A DNA stretch of 64,000 nt from an uncultured delta proteobacterium (GTDB taxonomy: Bacteria; Myxococcota_A; Polyangia; Polyangiales; Polyangiaceae), in assembly GCA_963716725.1 (NCBI GenBank), contig CAVQUB010000020.1, positions 96,001-160,000 on the forward strand, read 5' to 3'. Made by a program: the position numbers and the translations under genes. The notes below the pieces were generated by a model, which saw only the letters and a list, made by a program, of their open reading frames with translations, did not search any database and was not told the origin of the DNA. Shown here one piece after another: positions 30,987-41,877 of the stretch (positions are counted from its first letter, which is position 1; every line of letters starts with the position of its first letter).

Positions 30987-31875
30987 TCAGGCGAGCTCCG
31001 CGGCCGCGGCGTCGACGCCGTTGCGGAAGATCGCCAGGCCGGCGCCCTCTGGAGCGGCCGTTCCGAGCACGCGGCGCCGAGCCCATCGGGTGGTGGAACG
31101 GGTAGAGGTAGGCGTCGGGGTGCGGCATCAGACCGAACAGCCGGCCGGACGGGATCGCAGATGCCGGCCACGGCGTCCGGGCGAGCCGTTGGGGTTGTGC
31201 GGCCACTCCTCGGTCGGCCGCTCCGTCGGCGCCGACGTAGCGCGCGACGATCTGGCGCTGGTCGCCTCGCAGCCGCTCCAGCAGCGTCGTCGCTCTCGGC
31301 GAGGAACTTGCCCTCGCCGTGCCGCGCGGGCAGGTCCATGCGCTCGAGGCCGCGCGTCCAGACGCAGGGCGACGCGGGATCGAAGCCCAAGCGGACCCAG
31401 GCGTCGCGGTAGCCCAGCGCGGTCGTTGGGCGCCAGCGTCGCGCGCGGCGTGCGGTAGTCGCCGTCGAGGCCCGGCAGCAGCCCGAGGCGCGACCATGGT
31501 CTGGAAGCCGTTGCAGATCCCCAGGGCCAGGCCGCCGCGGCTCGATGAACTCCAGCAGCTGGTCGTAGAGCCGCCAGCGGATCTTGTTGGCGAAGACGAA
31601 GCCGGCGCCCAGGTGATCGCCGAAGGCGAAGCCGCCGATGAAGGCCAGGATCTGGTAGTCGGCGAGCCGCGTGGCGCGCCGCGCCGTCGAGCAGCTCGAG
31701 CAGGTGCACGCGCTCCGGGCGGGCGCCGGCCATGCGGAACGCCGGCCTCGGTCTCGGCCTCGCAGTTCAGGCCGAGCCCGGTGAGGATCAGCACGCGCAC
31801 CTCGCGCCGCGAGCCGGTCCTGCTCCGCGCTCGGGCAGCCGGTCGAACAGCGCTCCAGCGCCGGCGTCACGTCAT
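30987..31875 (-). CDS. purQ: FGAM synthase glutaminase subunit PurQ (multiple frameshifts; start approximate)
   Basis: Fragments in alternating frames: VLILTGLGLNCEAET, GGFAFGDHLGAG, LGICNGFQ, HGEGKF, HNPNGS and FGLMPHPD. Confidence 0.85.
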
Positions 31876-34800
31876 CGCCCAGCGTCTCCTTGAAGGCCGC
31901 TCCGAGCGCGTCGACGTCGAGGTCGATCGAGCACGCGCTCCGGCCCGGCGCACCACGAGGCGCGGCGTCGGCCGTGACCCGGCCGACGCGCCGGCAGGGC
32001 AGCCCGTCGAACATGCACCGCTCGAAGCCGCCGGCCTGCGCCCGGCGCGACGGTGACCAGCGAACCGCCCGTTGGATTCGGAGAACAGCGCGACGTCCGC
32101 GGGCAGAGCCCGGCGAGGTCGGCGCAGCCGCGCCAGGTCGAGGTCGAGGCCGAGCTCGCCGGCCATCACGCAGCGCGCGAAGGCCGACGCCCAGCCCCCC
32201 TTCGCCGGCGTGGCCGCCGAGCGCACCAGCCCGTCGCGGATCGCCGCCTCCAGCGCGCGGTAGCAGCGGCAGCGTCTCGGCCGGGTCGAGGCGCGGCACC
32301 TGTGTTGCCGACGTACGGCGCCGGGCTGGCCCAGCTCGCGCGGCCTCGCCGTCCAGCGTCGCCGCAGGTAGCGGAAGTACTCGCTGCCGCCCGTCTCGTC
32401 CCGCGTCGCGCCGAGCAGGAAGACGACGTCGCCCGGCGCCTTGCGGCTCGAGCGTGAGCGCCGTCGCGACGTCGTCGATCTGCCCGATGGCCGAGACCAG
32501 CAGCGTCGGCGGCACGCTGATCTTCACGCCCGCCCATCGGTCGAGTCGTTCTTCATCGAGTCCTTGCCCGAGATCAGCGGCGCGCCGTAGGCCACGGCAG
32601 GCCTCGTACAGGCCGCGGCAGGCGCGCACGAGCTGGGCCAGCTTGTAGGCGCCGTCCGGTCGTCTCGGAGCCTGCACCGGGTCGGGCCAGCAGAAGTTGT
32701 CGAGCAGCGCGATGCGATCGAGCCGCGCGCCCGGCGCAGAGCTGGCGCCGCACCGCCTCGTCGACGACCGCCCGCGCCATCGCGTGGCGTGTCGATGTCC
32801 GAGTAGAACGGGTTGATCGCCCTCGGAGAGCACGAAGCCGCGCAGCGAGCCGTGCCGCGCCAGGAAGACCGTGGCGTCGGCCGGCACGTCGCTGCCCACG
32901 CCGATGAACGGCTTGATCACGCTGAGCCCCTTGACCTCGTGGTCGTAGTGGCGCGCCTTGGCCTCGCCCGAGCAGAGGTTGAGCCGGCGCCAGCATCTCG
33001 GCAGCGTCGCGTCCGAGATCCGCGGGCGGCGGCGCCGGCGGCTCGTCGAAGCGCGGCGGGCTGCCAGCGCGCGGCGAGATCGAGATCGGGAGCGCCGTCG
33101 TGCAGGAACTCCATGTCGAGGCAGGCCGACCGTCTCGTCGCCGTAGGTGACGTGGAAGCAGCCGTCGTCGGTGAACTCGCCGAGCACCGTCGCCTCGACC
33201 TCGCGCCGCCGCGGCCAGGTCGAGGAACGCGCTCGATGCTGCTCCGGGCGGCACGGCCAGCGTCATGCGCTCCTGGGCCTCGGAGACCAGGATCTCCCAG
33301 GGCGCCAGGCCCGCGTACTTGAGCGGCGCCGCGCCAGGTCGAGCCGGGCGCCGCCCGGGCTCCTGCGCCATCTCGCCGACCGAGGACGAGAGCCCGCCGG
33401 CGCCGTTGTCGGTGATCGCGCTGTACAGCCCGAGGTCGCGCGCCTCGAGCAGGAAGTCGAACATCCGCTTCTGCGTGATCGGGTCGCCGATCTGCACCGC
33501 CTGGACCGGCGCGCTCTCGTCGAGCGCCGCCGAGGAGAAGGTCGCGCCGTGGATGCCGTCGGCGCCGATCCGCCCGCCGATCATCACGATCGGTCGCCGG
33601 GCCGCGCGCCCTTCTCGCTCGCCGGGCCGTCCGGCCACGGTGACCGGCAGCGAGCCGACGGTGCCGCAGAAGACCAGCGGCTTGCCCAGGTAGCGGTCGT
33701 CGAAGAGCTCCCAGCCCGCGGCCGTAGGGGATGCCGCTCTGGTTGCCGCCGTCGATCACGCCCTCGGTGCACGCCGTCGCGGATCCGCCGCGGGTGCAGC
33801 AGGCCCGTGGGCAGCTCGCCCGTCGTAGAACGGCGAGGCGAAGCAGTAGCCCCAGACGTTGACCAGCAGCTCGGCGCCGAGCCCGGTGCCGAACGGGATC
33901 GCGGTTGACGCCGACGATCCCGGTGATCGCGCCGCCGTAGGGATCGAGCGCCGACGGGGAGTTGTGCGTCTCGACCTTGTAGACCAGGTGGACGCTGGTC
34001 GTCGAAGGCCGACGACGCCGGCGTTGTCGTGGAACACCGAGACCAGCCACGAGCGTCCGTCCTCTCGCGCTCGATCACCGCACGTTCGACCGCCTCGGTC
34101 GTCGCCGCGGATGTAGGTCTTGAACAGCGGAGCCGATCGTCTCCGGCGGTCGCGCTCACCCTCGTGGTAGCGGATCGTGGCGTTGAAGATCTTGTGCTTG
34201 CAGTGCTCGCTCCAGGTCTGCGCCAGGCACTCGAGCTCCACGTCGGTCGGCTCGGTCGCCCAGGCCCGCGCTGCGCCTCGCCTCGCTGGCTCGGCCTGGC
34301 GCGCGGAAGTGATCACGGATCGCCCGCATCTCCGCCGACGAGAGCGCCAAGCAGCCTCTCGCGGCTCAGCGCCTCAGCTCGTCGTCGGTCCCGCCAAGTC
34401 GACGATGGCGACGGCCGGGGTGTCGTGGCTCGCGACCACGCGGCACGGAGAGGTCCGGGGGCGCTGCGCTCCACTCGTCGCAGGTCTCGATGCGCGTGGT
34501 CTGGATCACCGGGTTGGCCAGCAGCTCGAGCGCGATGCGCTCCGCCTGGTCGCGATCGACTCCGTCGAGCAGGTAGAGCGTCGAGGCAGTAGACGGCCGC
34601 CCGGTCTGGCAGCTTGCGTCCCAGCGTGTCCTCGACCGCGACCTGCGCGCTCTTGCCCACCGGGTCGGTCACGCCGGGCTTGAAGCCGACGGTGATCGCG
34701 ACGTCGAAGTGTTCCCCCTCGAGCTTGCCGAGCGCGCTGACTTGGAGGACCGGACAGGTGAACTCCGCGCGAACCTTCTCGGCCTCGCCGGCGCTCAATT

Positions 34801-34951
34801 CGCCGGTGATCCGATACACGTCGCGCGTGCGCACCCGGCCCACGTCAATCCCGAGAAAGCTCCGGATGGTGGCCGATACTCCGGCCCCGCGCGCGTCGGA
34901 AAGCTCGGGACGCACGGCGACTTCGATGCGGGTCACGGCGGAGGAGGTCAT
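31867..34951 (-). CDS. purL: FGAM synthase large subunit PurL (many frameshifts)
   Basis: Fragments [92 protein letters not shown] and [12 protein letters not shown] at 34951. Confidence 0.9.
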
Positions 34952-35170
34952 CGGCTGGGCGCGCGGAGGGTAAGGGGCTCGCCCCCGGCGTGCAACACGA
35001 GTTTCGAACGGACCCGCTTTGATCCGGCTCGGCGCGGACGCGATGCTAAATTCGGCGCCAGCGGGGGAGGGCCACGAGCTCACCGTGGTTCCGCAGCTGC
35101 ACCATCACCGTGAACGGCAAAGAAGTCTACGCCAAGCGCCTCCGCTGATCGCGCCGCAAGGAGCTCACCA

Positions 35171-35611
35171 ATGTTCGAATCCAAAGACCCCGACTGGCGC
35201 CAGCGCGTCAGCGAAATATTCAGCCAGGCGAACTTCGTGCGCGACCTCGGCGTTTGCCTCGTTGACCTCGGTCCGGGTTGGGTCGAATCGGAGCTGACGG
35301 TCGAGCCTCGCCACCTGCAGCAAGACGGCGTCGTACACGCTGGGGTCCAGGCCACGCTCGCGGACCACAGCGCGGGGGCCGCTGCCGGCACGCTCGCGCC
35401 CCCCGGAGTCGCAACGCTCAGCGTCGAATTCAAGATCCAGCTGCTCCGGCCTGCGCTCGGCGAACGCCTGCGCTGCCGCGCCGAGGTAATCAAACCGGGA
35501 CGCAACATCGTCGCTACGGAGGCCTGGGTGTACGCCCTCGCCAGCGGCGAAGAGAAGCTCGTCTCGAAGCTCACCGCGACGATGAGCTACGTGCGCTTCG
35601 AATCACGCTGA
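35171..35611 (+). CDS. PaaI-family hotdog thioesterase
   Basis: HLQQDGVVHAGVQATLAD and EFKIQLLRPA; SD AAGGAG. Confidence 0.9.
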   Translation: MFESKDPDWRQRVSEIFSQANFVRDLGVCLVDLGPGWVESELTVEPRHLQQDGVVHAGVQATLADHSAGAAAGTLAPPGVATLSVEFKIQLLRPALGERLRCRAEVIKPGRNIVATEAWVYALASGEEKLVSKLTATMSYVRFESR

Positions 35612-35614
35612 CGT

Positions 35615-36651
35615 TCACTTGCCGACGCGCTTCTGAAACTTCAGCGTCATCCGGTCGCTTTCGCCGATGGCCACGAACTTCTCGGGGTCTTTGTCGCCCT
35701 GGCGAAGCGCGGGAGGCAGCGACCACACGCCCTCGGGGTAGTCCTTGGTGTCCTTGGCGTTGGCGTTGACTTCGCTCTTGGCCACGAGCACGAAACCCAC
35801 CGCCTTTGCCTGCTCGATGACCCACGCCTGGGGCAGATATCCCTTCTCGGCGCTCTGGTCGGCATTGGCTCCTTCGGCTGCGCGGTGTTGGACCACGCCC
35901 AGGGTGCCGCCCGGCTTCAGCGCCGCATGGATCTGCTCCAGGTTCGCCTTCACGCGCCGTCCGCGGCGATGCCAGTTGTGCATTTCTCGGAACACCAGGG
36001 CCAAATCGACCTGGCCTTCGTGGCCCAAGACCATGTTCTGGGGATCGACAACGACCACCTCGACCCTACCGGACAGCTCCTCGGACTTGTCCAAGTAGTG
36101 GCGAAAGCGCCGACCGTAAAACGTGCCCGGCGCGGTCTCCGGGCCCTTTGGATCGAGGGCCGTGACCACCAGCTTGCCTCGGCTCCGCAGTACCGGCGCC
36201 AGGATTTCCGTGTACCAGCCGTCGCCGCCGCCGACTTCCATCGCCGTCATGTCTTGGCGCAATCCCAGGAACGTCAGCGTCTGTAGTGGGCGGCGGTGCG
36301 GATCGCGCTCGGCGTTGCCGGGCTGGCGGTGCGGGCTGGCGAGCGCAGCTTCGATGGCTGCGCGCGGATTCGGGAACTTCTTTTCGCCAATCGCCTTGAC
36401 CGCAGCGCGAAGCTCGTCGTTGAAGCGCGCGCGCTCGGCTTTGGCGTCGACCTCGAGCTGAGCGAGCTTCTTCCTGGCCGCATCGTCGACCTTCCGCTTC
36501 TCGAGCTCTTCCGCGCTGGGCGCCGGGGCTCGGGTGCCGTTGCCGGCGTGGACGGGGTCGTGGGCGGCTCGGCGGGCGGTGCTTCGGCCTCAGGCTTGGG
36601 GCCACAGGCGGCGCAGAGCAAAACCAAGAGGAGCGAAGGACGAAGGTGCAT
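35615..36651 (-). CDS. lipoprotein-anchored class I SAM-dependent methyltransferase (one frameshift near 36525)
   Basis: Lipobox LLCAAC. After a single shift the frame reads ...ASPHRQPGNAERDPHRRPLQTLTFLG...EVGGGDGWYTEILAP...LKPGGTLGVVQHR...GESDRMTLKF. Confidence 0.82.
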
Positions 36652-36806
36652 GGCGAGCCAGCGTAGTGCCCTGGCTCGTTTCAGCAAGCTCGCAGAGTTT
36701 CCTCCGCGTCATGCGGCCGCGCGGCGCTCGAGACCCCGAACCCCGACTCTGGCGGCGATCCCCCGCGTCGTCCATCGACCGGTGGAGGCAGCGCCAGTCG
36801 CCACTC

Positions 36807-36977
36807 AAGAGCTGTCGAAAATTCGACAGCTCTTTCACTTTGTCATCGGGGAGGCACGCGCCTCCCCGCCCCACCGAAGTGAATTCGTTGGGGCCCCACC
36901 CCACGCGACGCGCTTCGCGATACCCGACGGGGTGGGCCGGCTCCGCCGGCCTGCGCTCCGCCATTCTTCGACAGACC
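36807..36977. mobile_element. putative MITE/REP-like structured element with imperfect terminal inverted repeats
   Basis: The left end GAGCTGTCGAAAA matches the right end (reverse complement GGTCTGTCGAAGAA). There is a palindrome at 36807-36834 plus four internal hairpins, and no ORF. Confidence 0.55.
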
Positions 36978-36978
36978 T

Positions 36979-39283
36979 TCACTCGATGATCACGTTCTCG
37001 GGGCACACCTCGAAACTCGCGAGGCACGGAAAGCTAAGCCCGGCGAGCACGCGGCGGACGCAGCGCGCGTGTGCCGGCGATCCGCCGTCGACCCGCTGAA
37101 CGCGGCCCTTGGCATCGAGCACCACGCGCACCGCGGCGTTCAACGCCATGCTCGGGCAGGCGGCGACGGCTCTGGCCGCTGCGTGCACGTCGCGCTGGCT
37201 CCTGCCGCTCACCGGCATCAACAACTCGTTGCCATCGGGCTGCGCGCACTTCGCGCCACGTGTAGCCAGGGCCTGCTCGACCTTGCGCACGTCGCCACGT
37301 GCGTCGAGTCGGCACAGGGCACCGTATCCGATCGTGGACTCGGTCGCCCGAGGGGACTCTCCCAAGGAGACGTTCCCGGTGAAACACGCGTCCGCGGCGG
37401 CGACGATGCCGAGAGCGGCGCGTTCGATTTCTTGGCGCTCGTCCGCCGAGCACACTCGCGTCTCGGAGGCGTCGGGCGTGACGACTTCTTCGCTCGCTGG
37501 GGCGGAGTCGGCGAGCGCATGCGGGGGCGTGCTCGCGTCCGCCATCGGCGCGACGGCGCCCACCGACGAGGTGTCGACCGGTGCGGGGCCCAGAGCCACG
37601 GCCGGCGCCGGTTCCCGAGCGCAGGCGGCAGACACCACGAAGCTCACGAAGGAAGCCGCAGCAGCCCGCATCGGCGCGAAGATCCGACGTGACCCAAGCC
37701 GTCCGAGCTTGTCCTCGATGCTCTCGAGTTCCGCCTCGATCTCGGCCGCCCGTGACCTCGCCGCACGCACCAGGGGAACCGCCTCCGCGAAGCCGCCGCC
37801 CGAAAGCGCTAGATTCGAGCGCGCTCCGGTAGCTCTCGACGTACAGACGATTGACCCGGGCCCGCGCCCGCTCCAGCCGCTCGACCCACGACGGCTCCAC
37901 GCGCTCGGCATGCAATCGCCTCGCGAGCCCGAGCGCAAGGAACGCGTCGTGCGTGCGGAACGCGACGCTGTAGTCCCAGAACGCTTCGGCACGCAGACGC
38001 ATGAAGATCTCCGCGAAGCGCTCCACTCGCGGGTCGCTGAAGGTGTAGCCGTATCGGAACGGGTTGCCGATCAGGCGCTGCTCTTCTTGCATGGTCTGAT
38101 GCAGGCGCGTGCCGTGGTAGACCATCATGCGCGTCGCCTCGAACACGCCGCGCGGCACCCGGTCGAGGAGATCGATGCCGCTCGCGATGGTCTCGGGAGT
38201 CGAGCACGGGTTGACCAGCATCAGGTTCGAGACCGTCACTACGCCCAGGTCGGCGAGTTGCTCGAGCAGCGCGAGCTCCGGTTCGCCCGGCGGCGGACGT
38301 CCGAAGCGGAGCCCCTCCTCGGCTGTCGCGAGCTCGAGCCCGACGAATACGCGCACCAGCCCCAGCTCGGCGAAGGCCGCGACAATGGCGGGCGTGATGC
38401 GGTCGGCCCGCAGCATGGTCCCAATACCGAACGCGCCAACCCCGCGCTCGGCGAGGCCCCGCTTCCAAAGCCTCAGGTACTCGAGGGCCTCGTGCTCCGC
38501 GTAAGGCAACAGGTGCTCGTCCACGAAGTAGAAATAGCGCACGCCTCGGCGGTGCCAGAGCTCCGCCATCTCGTCGCACACGGCGTCGATCTCGCGCCGG
38601 CGCACCCCACCAACGCCAGCGCGCGTCAGCACTTCTTTGGCGACGCCGGCCCGCACGCCCTCGCGGCGCTCGAGCGTGTGCAGCGCTGCGGGACCGCAGT
38701 ACTGGCAGCGGCCCAGGCACCCGCGAGACGCGGCCATGTGCGCGGCCTTGTAGCCCAGGATCTCCGGCAGTTCGTCGCGAAGCGGGTGAACGCTCTGGGA
38801 CACCGAATCGAGTACGTCTGCGGGCGCCCCGTCGCCCGCCCGCGTGGTGACGCCCCCGATGCCGTCGACGTTTCGTCCCTCCGCGACCCGGCGCGCAATC
38901 TCGACGATGGGGCCCTCGCCGGCGAAGCGGACCACGCTGTCGAGCCACTCGTGCCGCCCGAGCAGCCAGTCGCGGGCCAGCGTCGCGAACTGCCCACCCG
39001 CGGTGACGTGACCGCGAAACCCCGCGCGGCTCAGCGCTTCGCCCACGGCCAGCGGCAAGATCGCCGAGCCGCCGTCGGCCAGCGAGAGGCCAACCACTTC
39101 GGGAGGGCGCGCCAAGATCGCGGTCACGGCCCGCTCGAGCTCGACGGCGTCGTTGACGTAGTGGCGCTCTACGGTCATCCCGGCCTGCACGAGCGCGCCC
39201 GCCAGGTACGCGAGCCCGAGGTTCTCGTTGTGCTCGAGCCGGCGACCGACCAGCACGACCCGAGCGCGCGACGTCAGCGTCAT
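36979..39283 (-). CDS. cobalamin-binding radical SAM protein fused to a lipoprotein-like C-terminal module (one +1 indel near 37815)
   Basis: B12-binding domain (ENLGLAYLAGAL, EVVGLS, AGGQFAT, GEG), ASRGCLGRCQYC and YFVDE. Removing one base joins it to the frame of ORF 36979-37992. Confidence 0.8.
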
Positions 39284-39378
39284 TCCTCGATTATGGGCCC
39301 TGCCTCGCTGCCATCGCAACTGCCCGCTGCTAGGCGCGGGACTGTCTCGGAGACCCCGAAGATGCTCTAACCGCAGGC

Positions 39379-40197
39379 GTGACTTCAGCTCAGCCGAAGT
39401 CGAGAGACTGGTTCTGGGTCGAAGCCGGCTCGCTCGTGGCCACGCTCGTGGGCGGCGCCGTCCTGCGCTACTGGCTCTCGACGGTGGTGCCCTTCGACCC
39501 GGGGGAGGTCGCTGTCCTCGAGCACGCGAGTGATCCCGACCGCGCCATGCGCGTGCCATTCATCATGATGAACGGCATCAGCCTGTTCGTGCTCTACGTG
39601 GTGGTACGCCGCAGCGCGGGCGTCGGAGCCGCCTTCGCCACGGAGCTCGCCCTCCAGGCGAGCTTGGTGTTTCAGCTCGAGGCGCTGCGAATACGGATGC
39701 TCAGCGCGGTTGTACTGCTCGCGCTGTTCGTCATCGCCTATGTCCGCCTGTACCGTCCGTCCAAGCGCCTCCCGCGGCGCGTCGACCGGATCCTGTTGGG
39801 CATAGCGCTGTTCCTATCGCTCCGGCAGCTTCAGCTGCTGGTCACACTGCCGGGGCGCATGGCCGAGATCCGCCGCGAGTCGCGCGCCGACGTGGCCTCC
39901 CTCGCCGCGAGCGTGGCTGCGTGTGGTGGCGAGCGCGAGCTGACGCTCGAGCGCCTGCCCAGTTGCCCCATTGCGTGGCCGACGAAGCGTTCGCTGGAGC
40001 AACAAGAATCGCTCTGGGAGCACCAGCGGCGGCTTGGCAAGGACGCCGTGGCCGTGCCGGCCGCCGTCGCGGTGCCCCCTTCGGGGCCGGGAGCGCGGGT
40101 CGCAATCCTCGATGCGCGCGGCGCCGGGTTCATCGTGGTCCCCGAGGGACCGCTCGCCACGACCGCGCGGCGCGTGCTCTCCAGCGCCGCGCGTTGA
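39379..40197 (+). CDS. hypothetical multi-pass membrane protein
   Basis: About five hydrophobic segments followed by a soluble C-terminal domain. Confidence 0.7.
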   Translation: MTSAQPKSRDWFWVEAGSLVATLVGGAVLRYWLSTVVPFDPGEVAVLEHASDPDRAMRVPFIMMNGISLFVLYVVVRRSAGVGAAFATELALQASLVFQLEALRIRMLSAVVLLALFVIAYVRLYRPSKRLPRRVDRILLGIALFLSLRQLQLLVTLPGRMAEIRRESRADVASLAASVAACGGERELTLERLPSCPIAWPTKRSLEQQESLWEHQRRLGKDAVAVPAAVAVPPSGPGARVAILDARGAGFIVVPEGPLATTARRVLSSAAR

Positions 40198-40221
40198 CAC
40201 CCCGCGCCCCCGAGGTAGCGT
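40194..40221 (+). promoter_or_regulatory. putative sigma70 promoter for a near-leaderless carboxyltransferase mRNA
   Basis: TTGACA-N16-TAGCGT, 9 nt before ATG 40231, with no SD. Confidence 0.6.
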
Positions 40222-40230
40222 GCGTGCGCC

Positions 40231-41855
<1,625 letters not shown>

Positions 41856-41877
41856 GGGCCCTCGCCCCCCGGACGCC

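Noticed and set aside
34952..35170. Purine/ZTP riboswitch upstream of purL; short coding-like remnant (CTITVNGKEVYAKRLR*) at about 35098-35148
   Set aside because: No riboswitch consensus is visible, and TTGCAC-N17-TACCCT lies only 15 nt from the purL ATG, leaving no room for one. The remnant is too short to assign.
37034..37810. C-terminal part of ORF-track protein 37034..39559 as real sequence
   Set aside because: After 37815 this frame is Arg/Gly-rich shadow sequence, while the adjacent frame has coding-type codon bias.
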